Under the pieces are notes generated by a model. That model did not search any database. It had not been told where the DNA came from and saw nothing but the letters and a program-made list of their open reading frames with translations. Shown piece after piece: positions 1-9,382 of a stretch of DNA of 39,014 bases (positions are counted from its first letter, which is position 1; each line of letters begins with the position of its first letter). Source of the stretch: a virus (lineage: Duplodnaviria; Heunggongvirae; Uroviricota; Caudoviricetes); the IMG/VR virus record IMGVR_UViG_2703718823_000011; one strand, 5' to 3'. Made by a program: the position numbers and the translations under genes.

Positions 1-585
1 TTACGCACCGGCCTTTTTCTGGGTTACATTTAAATGATTAACCTTAGCCTCACATTCTTCATAAATCTCTCTTACAGTATCATCGGGTAACTCTTGCAGA
101 CTCAATGCCAATGCTCTTTTGACCCCACTCAATGAGTGCAGCTTTTGAATATCAGTATCAAGTAAAATGGTTAGTAACTCGGCCCCTTTTCTGATCAATA
201 AATTGGACAAAATCTCTTGTTCAGATGAAGTTAGCGAGTCCCACGCCCTCATGATGATGGAGTCACCATCATTTACATCTTGTTTTTTTGTTCTTTCTAT
301 TTGTTCTAATAGTTCTTTTTTTGTGATTGACTCATTATTATAACCATAGATTAGCCACTCCATTGATACATGTTCTTTTTCAGCAATGTTCTGGAGATGG
401 TGCTTTCTTGGCTGTGGTGGTGGCTGATTGTTTCTCCTTTTGTAATAGTTCTGCAATGTCTGAATATTGATTCCCCAGGCCCTAGCCGCCTCACTTCTCG
501 ATTTGTAACGCTCTGCAAGGCGAAATATTCGCTCGATTACTGGTTCTTTTCCTTCGTCAAGAAAAGAACTTTTTTTCATGTTCAT
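1..585 (-). CDS. Phage repressor-like DNA-binding protein (Mu c position, divergent from ner)
   Basis: 194 aa ORF ending at window position 1-3 (TAA on minus strand); leftward orientation opposite ner as in Mu; helix-turn-helix-like stretch RSEAARAWGINIQTLQNYYKRR; AAGGAA ribosome-binding site upstream of ATG at 583-585. Similarity to Mu c itself not evident by eye. Confidence 0.55.
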   Translation of the reverse strand: MNMKKSSFLDEGKEPVIERIFRLAERYKSRSEAARAWGINIQTLQNYYKRRNNQPPPQPRKHHLQNIAEKEHVSMEWLIYGYNNESITKKELLEQIERTKKQDVNDGDSIIMRAWDSLTSSEQEILSNLLIRKGAELLTILLDTDIQKLHSLSGVKRALALSLQELPDDTVREIYEECEAKVNHLNVTQKKAGA

Positions 586-640
586 GCCTTTAGGTTCCTT
601 CGCGCTTATCTAATTGATTTTATTGATGAAAACAATATAA

Positions 641-688
641 AGAACAAGAAAAGAACAAAATACCTTGATTTGGTTCTTTTCTTGTTCT
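641..688. promoter_or_regulatory. Candidate operator: 17 bp inverted repeat agaacaagaaaagaaca / ggttcttttcttgttct (16/17 match)
   Basis: Arms at 641-657 and 672-688 in the divergent repressor/ner intergenic region. Confidence 0.4.
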
Positions 689-705
689 ATCGTTTACCCG
701 TACAG

Positions 706-725
706 ATATCCGTCCGAATATCCGT
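706..725. promoter_or_regulatory. Direct repeats ATATCCGT x2 upstream of ner
   Basis: ATATCCGT at 706-713 and 718-725, about 30-45 bp upstream of the ner ATG; position fits an early promoter/operator element. Confidence 0.3.
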
Positions 726-753
726 GCGGGTAACTTTTTAGAATAGAGGAAGT

Positions 754-1002
754 ATGAGTAGAAGAGAAGTTTCAGATCACGATTGGCCGCCAGAAATCAT
801 CAAGGCGCGCCTGCACATGGCTGGCTTATCACTGCGCTCTTTATCTTTAAAGGCTGGTTACAGCAGGGATTCGCTGAAAAGCGTATTACGCACCCCTTGC
901 CGCCCATATCAACAAATAATTGCTGATGCTCTTGGTGTGTCACCTGAAGAAATCTGGCCCAGCAGATACCAGGTTAAGAGCTATATGAGAAAGGCGTCAT
1001 GA
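754..1002 (+). CDS. ner: Ner-like DNA-binding transcriptional regulator
   Basis: 82 aa; C-terminal ...QIIADALGVSPEEIWPSRYQ closely resembles the Mu Ner C-terminus; AGAGGAAG ribosome-binding site; stop overlaps the transposase start. Confidence 0.9.
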   Translation: MSRREVSDHDWPPEIIKARLHMAGLSLRSLSLKAGYSRDSLKSVLRTPCRPYQQIIADALGVSPEEIWPSRYQVKSYMRKAS

Positions 1003-1003
1003 T

Positions 1004-3094
1004 ATGTATTTCATTGCAAAAGAACTGATTGGTGCGCCCGGAATGCCTGCAACTACAAAAGGTATTCGCCAGGCATTACAACGTTACGCACAAGGGAAAA
1101 GCTGTTGTTCCCGTCGTCGCTCAGGATCTAAAGCAACTGAATACAGCATCGACTGTTTACCTGAAGTGACGCAGCAGGCATTACGTGAACGCTACGCCCT
1201 GCAACTGATGGCGCAAAAAGCCGATGAGTCACCGGTTCCGGTGGTGACAAAGGCCAGACGCTCACCTGCCGTGGTTGATGCGGTGGAGGCATATCGCGGA
1301 TCACCCCAACTGATGGTCGAACGTATCAATGCACTGACTGAAAAACAGCGCCAGGTGGCCGATGCACGAATTGCGATTGTCAGCGAGGTGCTTAAATTCG
1401 CGCAACAACCCGGTTTCAGCTGCGCTAAAGCTATCCGGTTTATTGTTGACCGTCTGTCACGCTCGCAACTGGACGAACGCATTGTGGCAATGGTTGAAAC
1501 GGCGAACGCCAAAAAGGGAAACAGCCGCGCGTTGAGTGAAATCACGCTGAAACGCTGGATTGCGGCCTTTAACAAGGCGCAGAACGCCGCTGAACGCCTA
1601 CTTTTACTGGCACCGGGTAAACGTCAGGAAATAAAAGCCGAAGATATTAGCTGGTTGCCCGAGTTTCTGGCGCAGTATCGCCAGTCAAACGGCCGACCAA
1701 TGACCGAGGCTTACGAGGATTTTGTCGCCGAATGGCAGCACCGGCACGCTGATGAGCCTTATATGCTCGATATCATGCCCTCTTATGACACCATTCGCCG
1801 CGCGATGAAGAAACTGCCGGAAGTGGTGAAACAAAAAGGCCGGGTGACCGGCAGTGAATACCGCCAGCTTGAGGGATTCACGCGCCGCGACTGGTCCAGA
1901 ATGCCGGTGAATTATGTCTGGATTGGTGACGGTCACGGCATGAAGCTGAAATGTGCGCACCCGGTTCACGGGCGACCATTTGCACCGGAAGTGACCTTTG
2001 TTATCGACGGTGGCACGCGCTTTGTGGTGGGCTGGAGCCTTGACCTGGCTGAAAATGTTTTCGCCGTAGCCGGTGCCATACAGCACGGCATTCGCCATCA
2101 CGGCAAACCGTTTCTGTATTACTCGGATAATGGCTCGGGGGAAACGGCCGACATCCTGGATAAGGAGGTTGTGGGGATACTACCGCGACTGGGGATTAAT
2201 CACCCGACCGGGATTGCCGGTAATCCGCAGGGACGGGGCATTATCGAACGGCTTAACCGCACATTACCGATGCGCATAGCCCGTAAATACCGCACCTATT
2301 TCGGGAAAGGTGCAGATCGCGAGACGTTACGTAAAACCAACCGCGATTTACGCTCGGCATTCAGTGCCCTGCAACAGGGCAAGCGGCTGAACGCCCGGCA
2401 GCAGTCAGCGATGCGTGATTTACCGTCCTGGTCTGAACTGATTGATGCCATTCGTGACGGCGTTGAGTGGTACAACAACCGGCCGCACGATGAATTACCC
2501 ATAAAGCCGAACGGTAAACATTACAGCCCGGCGGAGTTCAGAAAAAAACGCCTGGCGGAAGAGGACACGGAAATTGAATGGCTGTCCGATGTGGAATTGC
2601 GGGACATGTTCCGGCCGATGGTGGAACGCCCTGTAAGACGCTGTGAAATACGCTGGCTGAATAATATTTACTACGCGCCCGAGCTGCGTGATGAACATGG
2701 CCGCAAAGTGCTTATCAGCTATGACATTCATGATGCCGAACGAATTACCGTACGCCGCCCGGATGGCAGCGTGATTTGCGAGGCGGTATGGGACGGCAAT
2801 AAACGCGAAGCCTTCCCTGTCAGCGCGGAATACTACAAACAGCAGCAGCGCCTTAAAGGTATGCGTAAACGCGCAGAGGAAAAAATCCGTGATGCCGAGG
2901 ATGAGGTTGTCAACGTGCTGGAGCACAAGCCGCAGGAGCCATGGCTGGAAAACATATACCGCCCTGTGGGTAATACGGTGACCGTTCAGCAACCAGTCGC
3001 TGACGATGAACCTGACGAAGAATACGAGCGTAATTTCCAGCGGGGTTTGCAACTGCTCGAAGCGAAATTAAAAGAAAATGATCCGCTGGCCTGA
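1004..3094 (+). CDS. A: Mu-type DDE transposase (MuA-like)
   Basis: 696 aa ORF directly after ner and before the B-like ATPase; size close to MuA (663 aa); acidic-residue blocks (WIGDGHG..., YYSDNGSGETAD) consistent with an rve/DDE core. Confidence 0.85.
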   Translation: MYFIAKELIGAPGMPATTKGIRQALQRYAQGKSCCSRRRSGSKATEYSIDCLPEVTQQALRERYALQLMAQKADESPVPVVTKARRSPAVVDAVEAYRGSPQLMVERINALTEKQRQVADARIAIVSEVLKFAQQPGFSCAKAIRFIVDRLSRSQLDERIVAMVETANAKKGNSRALSEITLKRWIAAFNKAQNAAERLLLLAPGKRQEIKAEDISWLPEFLAQYRQSNGRPMTEAYEDFVAEWQHRHADEPYMLDIMPSYDTIRRAMKKLPEVVKQKGRVTGSEYRQLEGFTRRDWSRMPVNYVWIGDGHGMKLKCAHPVHGRPFAPEVTFVIDGGTRFVVGWSLDLAENVFAVAGAIQHGIRHHGKPFLYYSDNGSGETADILDKEVVGILPRLGINHPTGIAGNPQGRGIIERLNRTLPMRIARKYRTYFGKGADRETLRKTNRDLRSAFSALQQGKRLNARQQSAMRDLPSWSELIDAIRDGVEWYNNRPHDELPIKPNGKHYSPAEFRKKRLAEEDTEIEWLSDVELRDMFRPMVERPVRRCEIRWLNNIYYAPELRDEHGRKVLISYDIHDAERITVRRPDGSVICEAVWDGNKREAFPVSAEYYKQQQRLKGMRKRAEEKIRDAEDEVVNVLEHKPQEPWLENIYRPVGNTVTVQQPVADDEPDEEYERNFQRGLQLLEAKLKENDPLA

Positions 3095-3177
3095 AATAAA
3101 AAAAATAACCCGAGGGGTGACTCAGGTTATTTGAGGTTTCTGTCTCGGAGAATGCTGTCTCAAGCGAGGTGAATAAT

Positions 3178-4110
3178 ATGACCGATATTAACGATGTAAT
3201 CAAGACCATTGATGAACTTATTGATGGCGGCGTACTGACGCAGTATGCCATCGCCAGAGAGGCGGGAATTTCCGACGGCACATTATCGGCTTTCCGTAAG
3301 GGGAAATATAAAGGCGATAACGCTGCTGTGGCTGCTTCCCTGCGTTCCTGGTATGAGAACTGGAATAAACAAAGCGCACTGCCCGAGCCGCCGCAGTTTG
3401 TTGAAACGCAGACAGTCCAGGAGCTGCGCGCACTGTTTCAGGCGGTTCGCCTGATGGGCTGTATTAACGTCATTGTGGGCGTACCGGGTGTGGGTAAAAC
3501 GGCCACAGCCCGTAATTACTGTCAGGAGCAACCGAACACCTGGATGATCACCCTGTCGCCTGCGCATTCCAGCGTCACGGAGTGTCTGCTGGAGCTGGCA
3601 GAGGAACTGGGGATTGATTACACCCGCGCGAACAAAGGGGCATTATCCCGCGCAATCCGCCGTCGCCTGATGGGAACGCGTGGACTGGTGATTGTTGATG
3701 AGGCGGATCATCTTGGTATTGACGGTCTGGAGCAACTCAGGGCAATCCAGGACGCCACGGGGATCGGGATGGTGCTTATTGGTAACCCGCGCGGACTGTT
3801 TAAAGGTGGACGCCGCGCCGTTGATGATTTATCGCGCCTGTTCAGCCGTCTTGCCCGTACAAAACAACTTCGCAAGGCCAAAAAGGCGGATGTGCTGGCC
3901 ATTGCCAGGGCATGGGGGATCAGTGGTGAGGCCGAGCTGGCCGTCATGCAGGCTATCGCTGAAAAACCGGGAGCATTACGTGTTCTGACGCATACGCTTA
4001 ACCAGGCGTGGATCACCGCCAGTGGTGAAGGCGCTGTGCTGACAGAAAAACATATTAATGCGGCCTTTAAAGAGGTTTATACCAACCCTGAATTACTCTC
4101 ACAGGTGTGA
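3178..4110 (+). CDS. B: Transposition ATPase / target DNA activator (MuB-like)
   Basis: Walker A GVPGVGKT; extended colinear similarity to Mu B (e.g. LPEPPQFVETQTV, VIVDEADHLG, KPGALRVL); track start 3169 is GTG, ATG at 3178 has a GAGGTG ribosome-binding site. Confidence 0.9.
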   Translation: MTDINDVIKTIDELIDGGVLTQYAIAREAGISDGTLSAFRKGKYKGDNAAVAASLRSWYENWNKQSALPEPPQFVETQTVQELRALFQAVRLMGCINVIVGVPGVGKTATARNYCQEQPNTWMITLSPAHSSVTECLLELAEELGIDYTRANKGALSRAIRRRLMGTRGLVIVDEADHLGIDGLEQLRAIQDATGIGMVLIGNPRGLFKGGRRAVDDLSRLFSRLARTKQLRKAKKADVLAIARAWGISGEAELAVMQAIAEKPGALRVLTHTLNQAWITASGEGAVLTEKHINAAFKEVYTNPELLSQV

Positions 4111-4112
4111 TT

Positions 4113-4334
4113 ATGGCGGTATTTAATATTCCGGATATTTACGGACGCTTTTACCTGGTGAATTTCGATAACGTGAAGGTGATTTCACTGGCCGAAAATA
4201 AAGAATGTGGTGATTTACTTTTTGAATTTAATGACCGCACACGAATGGTGATATCTGCCGGACTTGATCGCGAAGGTGCGACAGAAGTTTACAGGGGAAT
4301 ATGCCGTTCTGTTGGTGCAAAACAAGTCAGATAA
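4113..4334 (+). CDS. Small early protein (kil position by synteny)
   Basis: About 73 aa ORF immediately after B; track start 4107 is GTG, ATG at 4113. Function not recognisable from sequence. Confidence 0.5.
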   Translation: MAVFNIPDIYGRFYLVNFDNVKVISLAENKECGDLLFEFNDRTRMVISAGLDREGATEVYRGICRSVGAKQVR

Positions 4335-4346
4335 ACGAGGTGTTAT

Positions 4347-4601
4347 ATGAATATGCAATCCTGCGGTAAAAAAATGAATTTATTCGACTCCCTGAACAGT
4401 GCACGCCGTCTGACTGAACTTGCCGGTGCGGTACTGGAACGCAGCAAACGCTACCCACAACGTTATGCCCTGAAAACCACGCCGCCGGTAAGCGAAGTTA
4501 AGGGAACCGGTGAAATTGAAATCACCATACAGACCAACGGCCTGCGCCGCTGTGTGAAGGCTACCCGCATCAGCGGCTGCACGGTTTACTGGGAGGAGTG
4601 A
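4347..4601 (+). CDS. Hypothetical early protein
   Basis: 84 aa ORF, ATG with CGAGG ribosome-binding site. Confidence 0.55.
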   Translation: MNMQSCGKKMNLFDSLNSARRLTELAGAVLERSKRYPQRYALKTTPPVSEVKGTGEIEITIQTNGLRRCVKATRISGCTVYWEE

Positions 4602-4602
4602 G

Positions 4603-4884
4603 GTGAAACGAAATCTAATTGCGTGGGCGTGGTCGAGCGGTCTCATTGAACTGGGTTACGTCCTGCCGGAAGGTGCATTGCCGATAGTTGCCGGAAAGCC
4701 TGCCACAGTACGGCATGTGATTGAGGTTATGGCGCGTCATGGACGTGATGAACAGGAGCAGTTACTGGTTCCGGGGATACCGGAAGCGGTGACGGAGGAA
4801 GAAGCCTTTAATGCCATGATTCGGTTCTGCCGTGAGGTCAGACGCCGGGTCAGTTATCCAAACAGAACGAGGACCAGAGGATGA
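4603..4884 (+). CDS. Hypothetical early protein
   Basis: 93 aa ORF, GTG start preceded by GGGAGGAG; coupled to the neighbouring genes. Confidence 0.5.
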   Translation: MKRNLIAWAWSSGLIELGYVLPEGALPIVAGKPATVRHVIEVMARHGRDEQEQLLVPGIPEAVTEEEAFNAMIRFCREVRRRVSYPNRTRTRG

Positions 4885-5153
4885 GTAAAGTCGTACGCAT
4901 TATTTTCGAATACAAGGAGCACGTTATCCATAAAAACGCGGATGGAACAGTGCGCATGGGGATAAGTCTGGACATACGTTCAACCGGGATAAAGCAGAAA
5001 GGTGATGGACCTGCCATGATTTTTGGGGTGGTTATGCTCGCGGAAAGCAGAGACTTTGCTGAACTTGTGGCAATGAAAGCCAGTGCGCTCATGAAAGATA
5101 TGAGCATGCGTTCCGGGGTTATTAAAGGTAATGAATTTAATCAACAGGGGTAA
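4881..5153 (+). CDS. Hypothetical early protein, paralog 1 (MSKVVRIIFEY...)
   Basis: 90 aa ORF with ribosome-binding site; N-terminus nearly identical to the next gene. Confidence 0.55.
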   Translation: MSKVVRIIFEYKEHVIHKNADGTVRMGISLDIRSTGIKQKGDGPAMIFGVVMLAESRDFAELVAMKASALMKDMSMRSGVIKGNEFNQQG

Positions 5154-5157
5154 TTCC

Positions 5158-5451
5158 ATGAGCAAAGTACGCGTTATTTTTGAATTTGACCACGTAATGC
5201 ATGAAGTAAAGCCAGCCGGTAATGATAGTGAGGAAATCACGGAGGGGGTTACTGCCACGGTAAAAATCGAACGTGATACAGAGAACAGACCGGCAGGACC
5301 CTGTGATGTTTATGCACAAATTCTTAAATATCACAGCCCCACAATCATTCAGTTTCTGACAGATGAACTACAGGGTTCCATGCAGGCCATGGGGGTAAGC
5401 AGCTCCGTTGAACGCCGTTCTGTTCAGAACGGACCAGATACATTGCAATAA
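5158..5451 (+). CDS. Hypothetical early protein, paralog 2 (MSKVRVIFEF...)
   Basis: 97 aa from ATG 5158 (track extends to 5131 across the upstream stop); AGGGG ribosome-binding site. Confidence 0.55.
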   Translation: MSKVRVIFEFDHVMHEVKPAGNDSEEITEGVTATVKIERDTENRPAGPCDVYAQILKYHSPTIIQFLTDELQGSMQAMGVSSSVERRSVQNGPDTLQ

Positions 5452-5462
5452 GGAAAAACAAA

Positions 5463-5993
5463 ATGGCAAAACGCGTTACAAAATTAAAGGCCGCAGCAGA
5501 GGCGGCACCGCAGACCCGTGAAGAGGTCAGCCGCGATATCCGCACCCTGGGCGATATTCAGCGAGAGGCGCTGCGCCTGGAAACAGCGATGAATGATGAA
5601 GTGGCAGAAATCACCGCCCGTTATACGCCGCAGATTGAAAACCTTAAAAAAGAAATCAAAGTGCTTTTTAAGGGGATTCAGGACTGGTGCAAAACCAACC
5701 GTGATGAGCTGACGAACGGCGGCAAAACCAAAACTGCCAATCTGACCACCGGAACGGTGTCATGGCGACTGGGGAATCCATCATGCAGCGTCAGTCGTGA
5801 TGTGGAAGGTGTGATTGAAATGCTGCGCCGTATGGGGCTTGAGCGATTCATCCGCACGAAAGAGGAAGTGAACAAGGAAGCGGTCCTGGCGGAGCCGGAT
5901 GCAGTGAAAGGCATTGCCGGTATTAAGGTGAATAAAGGCGCTGAAAGTTTTTATGTCGAGCCTTTTGAACAGGACGCCGGACTGAATAAATAA
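5463..5993 (+). CDS. gam: Gam-like host-nuclease inhibitor / DNA-end binding protein
   Basis: 176 aa; colinear similarity to Mu Gam (MAK...IGD.QREA.RLETEMND..AEIT, NRDELTNGGK.KTANL.TG.VSWR, RFIRTK.E.NKEA.L.EP.AV.G.AGI.V..G.E.F...PFEQ). Confidence 0.93.
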   Translation: MAKRVTKLKAAAEAAPQTREEVSRDIRTLGDIQREALRLETAMNDEVAEITARYTPQIENLKKEIKVLFKGIQDWCKTNRDELTNGGKTKTANLTTGTVSWRLGNPSCSVSRDVEGVIEMLRRMGLERFIRTKEEVNKEAVLAEPDAVKGIAGIKVNKGAESFYVEPFEQDAGLNK

Positions 5994-6090
5994 CACCGCA
6001 TTAAATCTTTAAATATCACATCGTTTTAAGTATGGCGCTCGCGTCAGGGGACTGCCTGCGCCTGTAAACTGAAAATAAGGAACAGGATAT

Positions 6091-6633
6091 ATGGCATATT
6101 TTTATTTCAAATTAGACCGTGTGCAGACAAATAAATATTTCACCAAATATCAACAGACTGTTTTACCGCTACGCAACAGTATTCTTCGGGCGTTACTGAA
6201 AAATACAGGCGCTGCCGGATTGCGCTTAAAGCCGTTTGCCATGGACGTAATCAGTGAGTTTTATTTTTCTGGTACTCTGCCTGCGGGCTGGCGTAAGCGC
6301 GATGATGTGGCTTTTATCGGGGACGGACCGTGCTTTATTGCCAGACCTGATGAGTCATGCCCTGAAGGACCGGCGATTGCCGCAATGATTGAAGCCGCTG
6401 AACGCGAGTTAAGAAAGCGTCCTGATTTCCTTGTCTGGCTCTGTGAAAAGCTGGGGGTAATGAGAATCCCCTCCATGTTTAACATGGACTCCTGGTGGAC
6501 CCCGTCGCTCTCCCGTGATGCCCTGTGCGTGGTGTTTAAAGTAGGCGCTTATGGCAGGGAAATAAAAGGGGGTATTCCTGAAGAATGCCAGGAGATTAAA
6601 CATTCTGAATATGTGGCGCTGACGGAGGAATAA
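6091..6633 (+). CDS. Hypothetical early accessory protein
   Basis: 180 aa ORF with AAGGAACAGG ribosome-binding site; no recognisable motif. Confidence 0.6.
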   Translation: MAYFYFKLDRVQTNKYFTKYQQTVLPLRNSILRALLKNTGAAGLRLKPFAMDVISEFYFSGTLPAGWRKRDDVAFIGDGPCFIARPDESCPEGPAIAAMIEAAERELRKRPDFLVWLCEKLGVMRIPSMFNMDSWWTPSLSRDALCVVFKVGAYGREIKGGIPEECQEIKHSEYVALTEE

Positions 6634-6636
6634 TTC

Positions 6637-7170
6637 ATGATTGATGCAAAAGTGCTTGAAGGGGTTAAAAACTGGCTGAGTATTTACGGGCGTCTGACCT
6701 GCGGCATTCTGGCTGAAAAAATGAATATGCCGCCATCCTCGATGGTTTATTTTCTGCGTGATGCGGTCGATGCCGGGGTGCTGACGGAATGTAACGGTTT
6801 TTATGATATTCCGCGTCCCCGCCCGGTGCAGCCGGTTCGTCGCAAATGCAGCCAGGAAGGTGCGGCTGATGATGTTCAGTGGTGCAGCTTCAGAAAATCC
6901 CTGCCGTGGATTGAGGGGCATGATATTCCGTCGATGGCGTGGGAATTTGCTCAGGGCGTTCTGACCTGTGAAACCGTTTATGTGGTGGCTGAAGTTGATG
7001 AGCAGGCCATGAAAGAAGGCGTGCCCCAGTTTGTGATGGCGTATATCGACATTCGCCTGGGCGTCATTATCTGCGGTTTAAGCGGCTGGAATATCACCGA
7101 ACATGTTCTGCGTTACCTGATTGTTGACCGGACGGCTGCGCCTGCCGCGATTTCTGCGGAGGTAGAGTAA
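6637..7170 (+). CDS. Hypothetical early accessory protein
   Basis: 177 aa ORF tightly coupled to its neighbours. Confidence 0.6.
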   Translation: MIDAKVLEGVKNWLSIYGRLTCGILAEKMNMPPSSMVYFLRDAVDAGVLTECNGFYDIPRPRPVQPVRRKCSQEGAADDVQWCSFRKSLPWIEGHDIPSMAWEFAQGVLTCETVYVVAEVDEQAMKEGVPQFVMAYIDIRLGVIICGLSGWNITEHVLRYLIVDRTAAPAAISAEVE

Positions 7171-7685
7171 TGTTCTTTAAAACATCAAACCCTGCCGCGC
7201 TGGCTGCGTGGCAAAAATACCAGCAGGACTGCCAGACGGTAAAAGATGAGGCGAAACGCCTTGAGGCCGTGCTGAATGTTGCGTGCCGGTCGGTATTTGA
7301 ATTCAGTATCAGTGGCTTTTGTTTTAAGGGGCTGCGCTTTATGGATGACAAATATCCTTTTCATCGCGACTTATGGCGAAAACCGACTGCGTCGAATGGC
7401 TGGAGCTGCACACCGCGCACATCACGTATTCCCAAAGCCCTGCGCGTTGCCTCTGACGAACTTAACAGTCTGTGGCGTGAATATTCGCCCGTCACGTATG
7501 CCAGAACCGATGCACTGTTGTTCTGGCTGGGTATTGATTTCTCGGCAATCATGTTTGGCCCTGTGAAGTGGTTCTGCGTTGACGATGTGATTTACCTTGA
7601 GTGCGGCGTAAAACCCGCAAATCAGAAAATGACCGAAATTCTGTCTGATGAGTTTTATGCTGCTGAAAAGCGAGTCAGGGGGTGA
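7170..7685 (+). CDS. Hypothetical early accessory protein
   Basis: 171 aa ORF; start overlaps the upstream stop. Confidence 0.6.
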   Translation: MFFKTSNPAALAAWQKYQQDCQTVKDEAKRLEAVLNVACRSVFEFSISGFCFKGLRFMDDKYPFHRDLWRKPTASNGWSCTPRTSRIPKALRVASDELNSLWREYSPVTYARTDALLFWLGIDFSAIMFGPVKWFCVDDVIYLECGVKPANQKMTEILSDEFYAAEKRVRG

Positions 7686-7688
7686 TGT

Positions 7689-8240
7689 ATGATGATTTTA
7701 CAACCCATGGGGCGAAAAGGTCGCGCCCCCGCTCATGTCCGTCCGTGGACACCTGAAGAAGATGCGCTGCTGATTGCGCTTTATTCATCCACCCCGGTTA
7801 AGGATATTGCTGTCAGGGTAAAAAGAAGTTTCTGGGGTGTACATAACCGGATTGTTTTATTACGCGGTACTTACCCGGAGTTGCTCAAATGCAAACGTCC
7901 AAGATTTAAACATGATGAAGATAAATTTATCCGAAAAAATGCCAGAACGATGACCGGTAAGCAAATAGGAGAATATCTGGGGCGAGACCGGGATTCTGTC
8001 CACAATCGGGCGCGATATATTGGCGTAAGCATGAAAAAATACGGAGAATTGCTGCCCTTCACCCGTATACCTGACGATGATGTTCATCTTATTCGTGAAT
8101 TACGGGATGCTGAATCACCACGACGTCTTACCTTCCGGGAAATAGGCGAGAAATTTGAATTATCCGAGAGTACGGTGAATTTTATTTATCACCATCGCCG
8201 GACTGCCGGGGACGCTGTATTACGGGAGTTAACGCCATGA
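7689..8240 (+). CDS. Hypothetical protein with three helix-turn-helix-like internal repeats
   Basis: 183 aa; three ~45 aa repeats (WTPEEDALLIAL...IAVRVKRS...VHNR / FKHDEDKFIRK...IGEYLGRDRDSVHNR / IPDDDVHLIREL...IGEKFELSESTVNFIYHHRR). Confidence 0.55.
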   Translation: MMILQPMGRKGRAPAHVRPWTPEEDALLIALYSSTPVKDIAVRVKRSFWGVHNRIVLLRGTYPELLKCKRPRFKHDEDKFIRKNARTMTGKQIGEYLGRDRDSVHNRARYIGVSMKKYGELLPFTRIPDDDVHLIRELRDAESPRRLTFREIGEKFELSESTVNFIYHHRRTAGDAVLRELTP

Positions 8241-8569
8241 TAACGACCTTATTTGTTGAATCAGACGAACCTCTGGTATGTGCCGCCGGGATGCCGGTCT
8301 GTGGCGGAACCCTGACCGGGGTTTATTTCGGGGATTTGCGCGGTTATCCCTGGCATTCACTGAATGATGCTTTCCCGCCTGATATGGAGGCTGTTGTACT
8401 GATTGTTCAGTACGGTCACCGACAGGAGCTGCGCATCGGCCATATCGGGTATGAAGGTTTTTTTGTTGATGAAGAAACCGGAGCCTGCCTTGAAGATGAG
8501 GATGGACAGGTGACGCACTGGTGCCATATTTCGGCTTTACCGGAATTACGGGAGATACACAATGGATGA
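8237..8569 (+). CDS. Hypothetical early accessory protein
   Basis: 110 aa ORF, ATGA overlap with the upstream gene. Confidence 0.55.
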   Translation: MITTLFVESDEPLVCAAGMPVCGGTLTGVYFGDLRGYPWHSLNDAFPPDMEAVVLIVQYGHRQELRIGHIGYEGFFVDEETGACLEDEDGQVTHWCHISALPELREIHNG

Positions 8570-8873
8570 GCAAATAACGGACAATATTTCTCTGCTGTTC
8601 TGGTGTTTATATATCACATCGTTTTTCGGCGCATTTGTTATCACCCGGTGGTTATGCCGGAAAATTATCAGCCTTTTTGATAAAAGATATCTGCTTGAGC
8701 TGGCTGCGGATGCGCTTATTCAGCAGGCCATTGTGTTATACAGCGGTGAGTTTTTCTGCCGAATAACAACCAGAGATGGCTGGCACATAATGATTATTCC
8801 GCCAACGCATCATATCCGGTGGAATGAGCCAGAAAAGGCTTTCCATGTCCGTAAAAAGGTAAATACGGTATGA
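8562..8873 (+). CDS. Small membrane protein (one predicted transmembrane helix)
   Basis: 103 aa; hydrophobic stretch ISLLFWCLYITSFFGAFVITRWL; AT-richer than its neighbours. Confidence 0.5.
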   Translation: MDEQITDNISLLFWCLYITSFFGAFVITRWLCRKIISLFDKRYLLELAADALIQQAIVLYSGEFFCRITTRDGWHIMIIPPTHHIRWNEPEKAFHVRKKVNTV

Positions 8874-9379
8874 GAGGAAAACTGATATCTGCCATTCATG
8901 TGGCAAAACGCGAGCTTGCTCTGGATGATGAAACCTATACATCCGCACTGCTGGCAGCCACCGGTAAAGCCAGTTGCCGGGATATGTCACCGGATGAGTT
9001 ATCCCGCGTACTGGATGTTTTCAAAAAACGCGGTTTTAAAGTGCGTCAGAAACCGGTTAACCGGGCCTTAAAGCCGGGTACGGTGACCGCCAAAATTCGC
9101 GCCATCTGGAAAGTGATGCACCGGCAGGGCTTTATTTCTGATGGTGCGGAAACGGCCCTTAACCGCTGGGTGCAATCGCAGACGGCCGCGCAGAACGGCG
9201 GCGAAGGTGTGGCTAACTGGCAGTGGCTGGAGCAACACCCCGAGCTGGCCTCTGATGTGCTGGAGCGTCTCAAACGCTGGCACCGCCGCAAAATGCTGGC
9301 AGCCCTGGATATGTCGGAGCGTGCAGTGATGAGTTATGAGCGCGTTTGCAGGCTGTATGAAAAATCATTCCCCTGTTAA
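8870..9379 (+). CDS. gemA: GemA-like protein (Mu gp16 family)
   Basis: 169 aa; N-terminus ...ISAIHVAKRELALDDETYTSALLAATGKASCRDMS matches the Mu GemA pattern. Confidence 0.8.
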   Translation: MRGKLISAIHVAKRELALDDETYTSALLAATGKASCRDMSPDELSRVLDVFKKRGFKVRQKPVNRALKPGTVTAKIRAIWKVMHRQGFISDGAETALNRWVQSQTAAQNGGEGVANWQWLEQHPELASDVLERLKRWHRRKMLAALDMSERAVMSYERVCRLYEKSFPC

Positions 9380-9382
9380 CCC

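Noticed and set aside
370-741. 123 aa + strand ORF overlapping the repressor gene and the operator region
   Set aside because: Runs through the divergent control region antisense to the repressor; hydrophobic low-complexity translation; would displace the ner promoter region.
3095-3177. Possible terminator between the transposase and B genes
   Set aside because: An A-run follows the transposase stop but I could not find a convincing GC-rich stem followed by a T-run.
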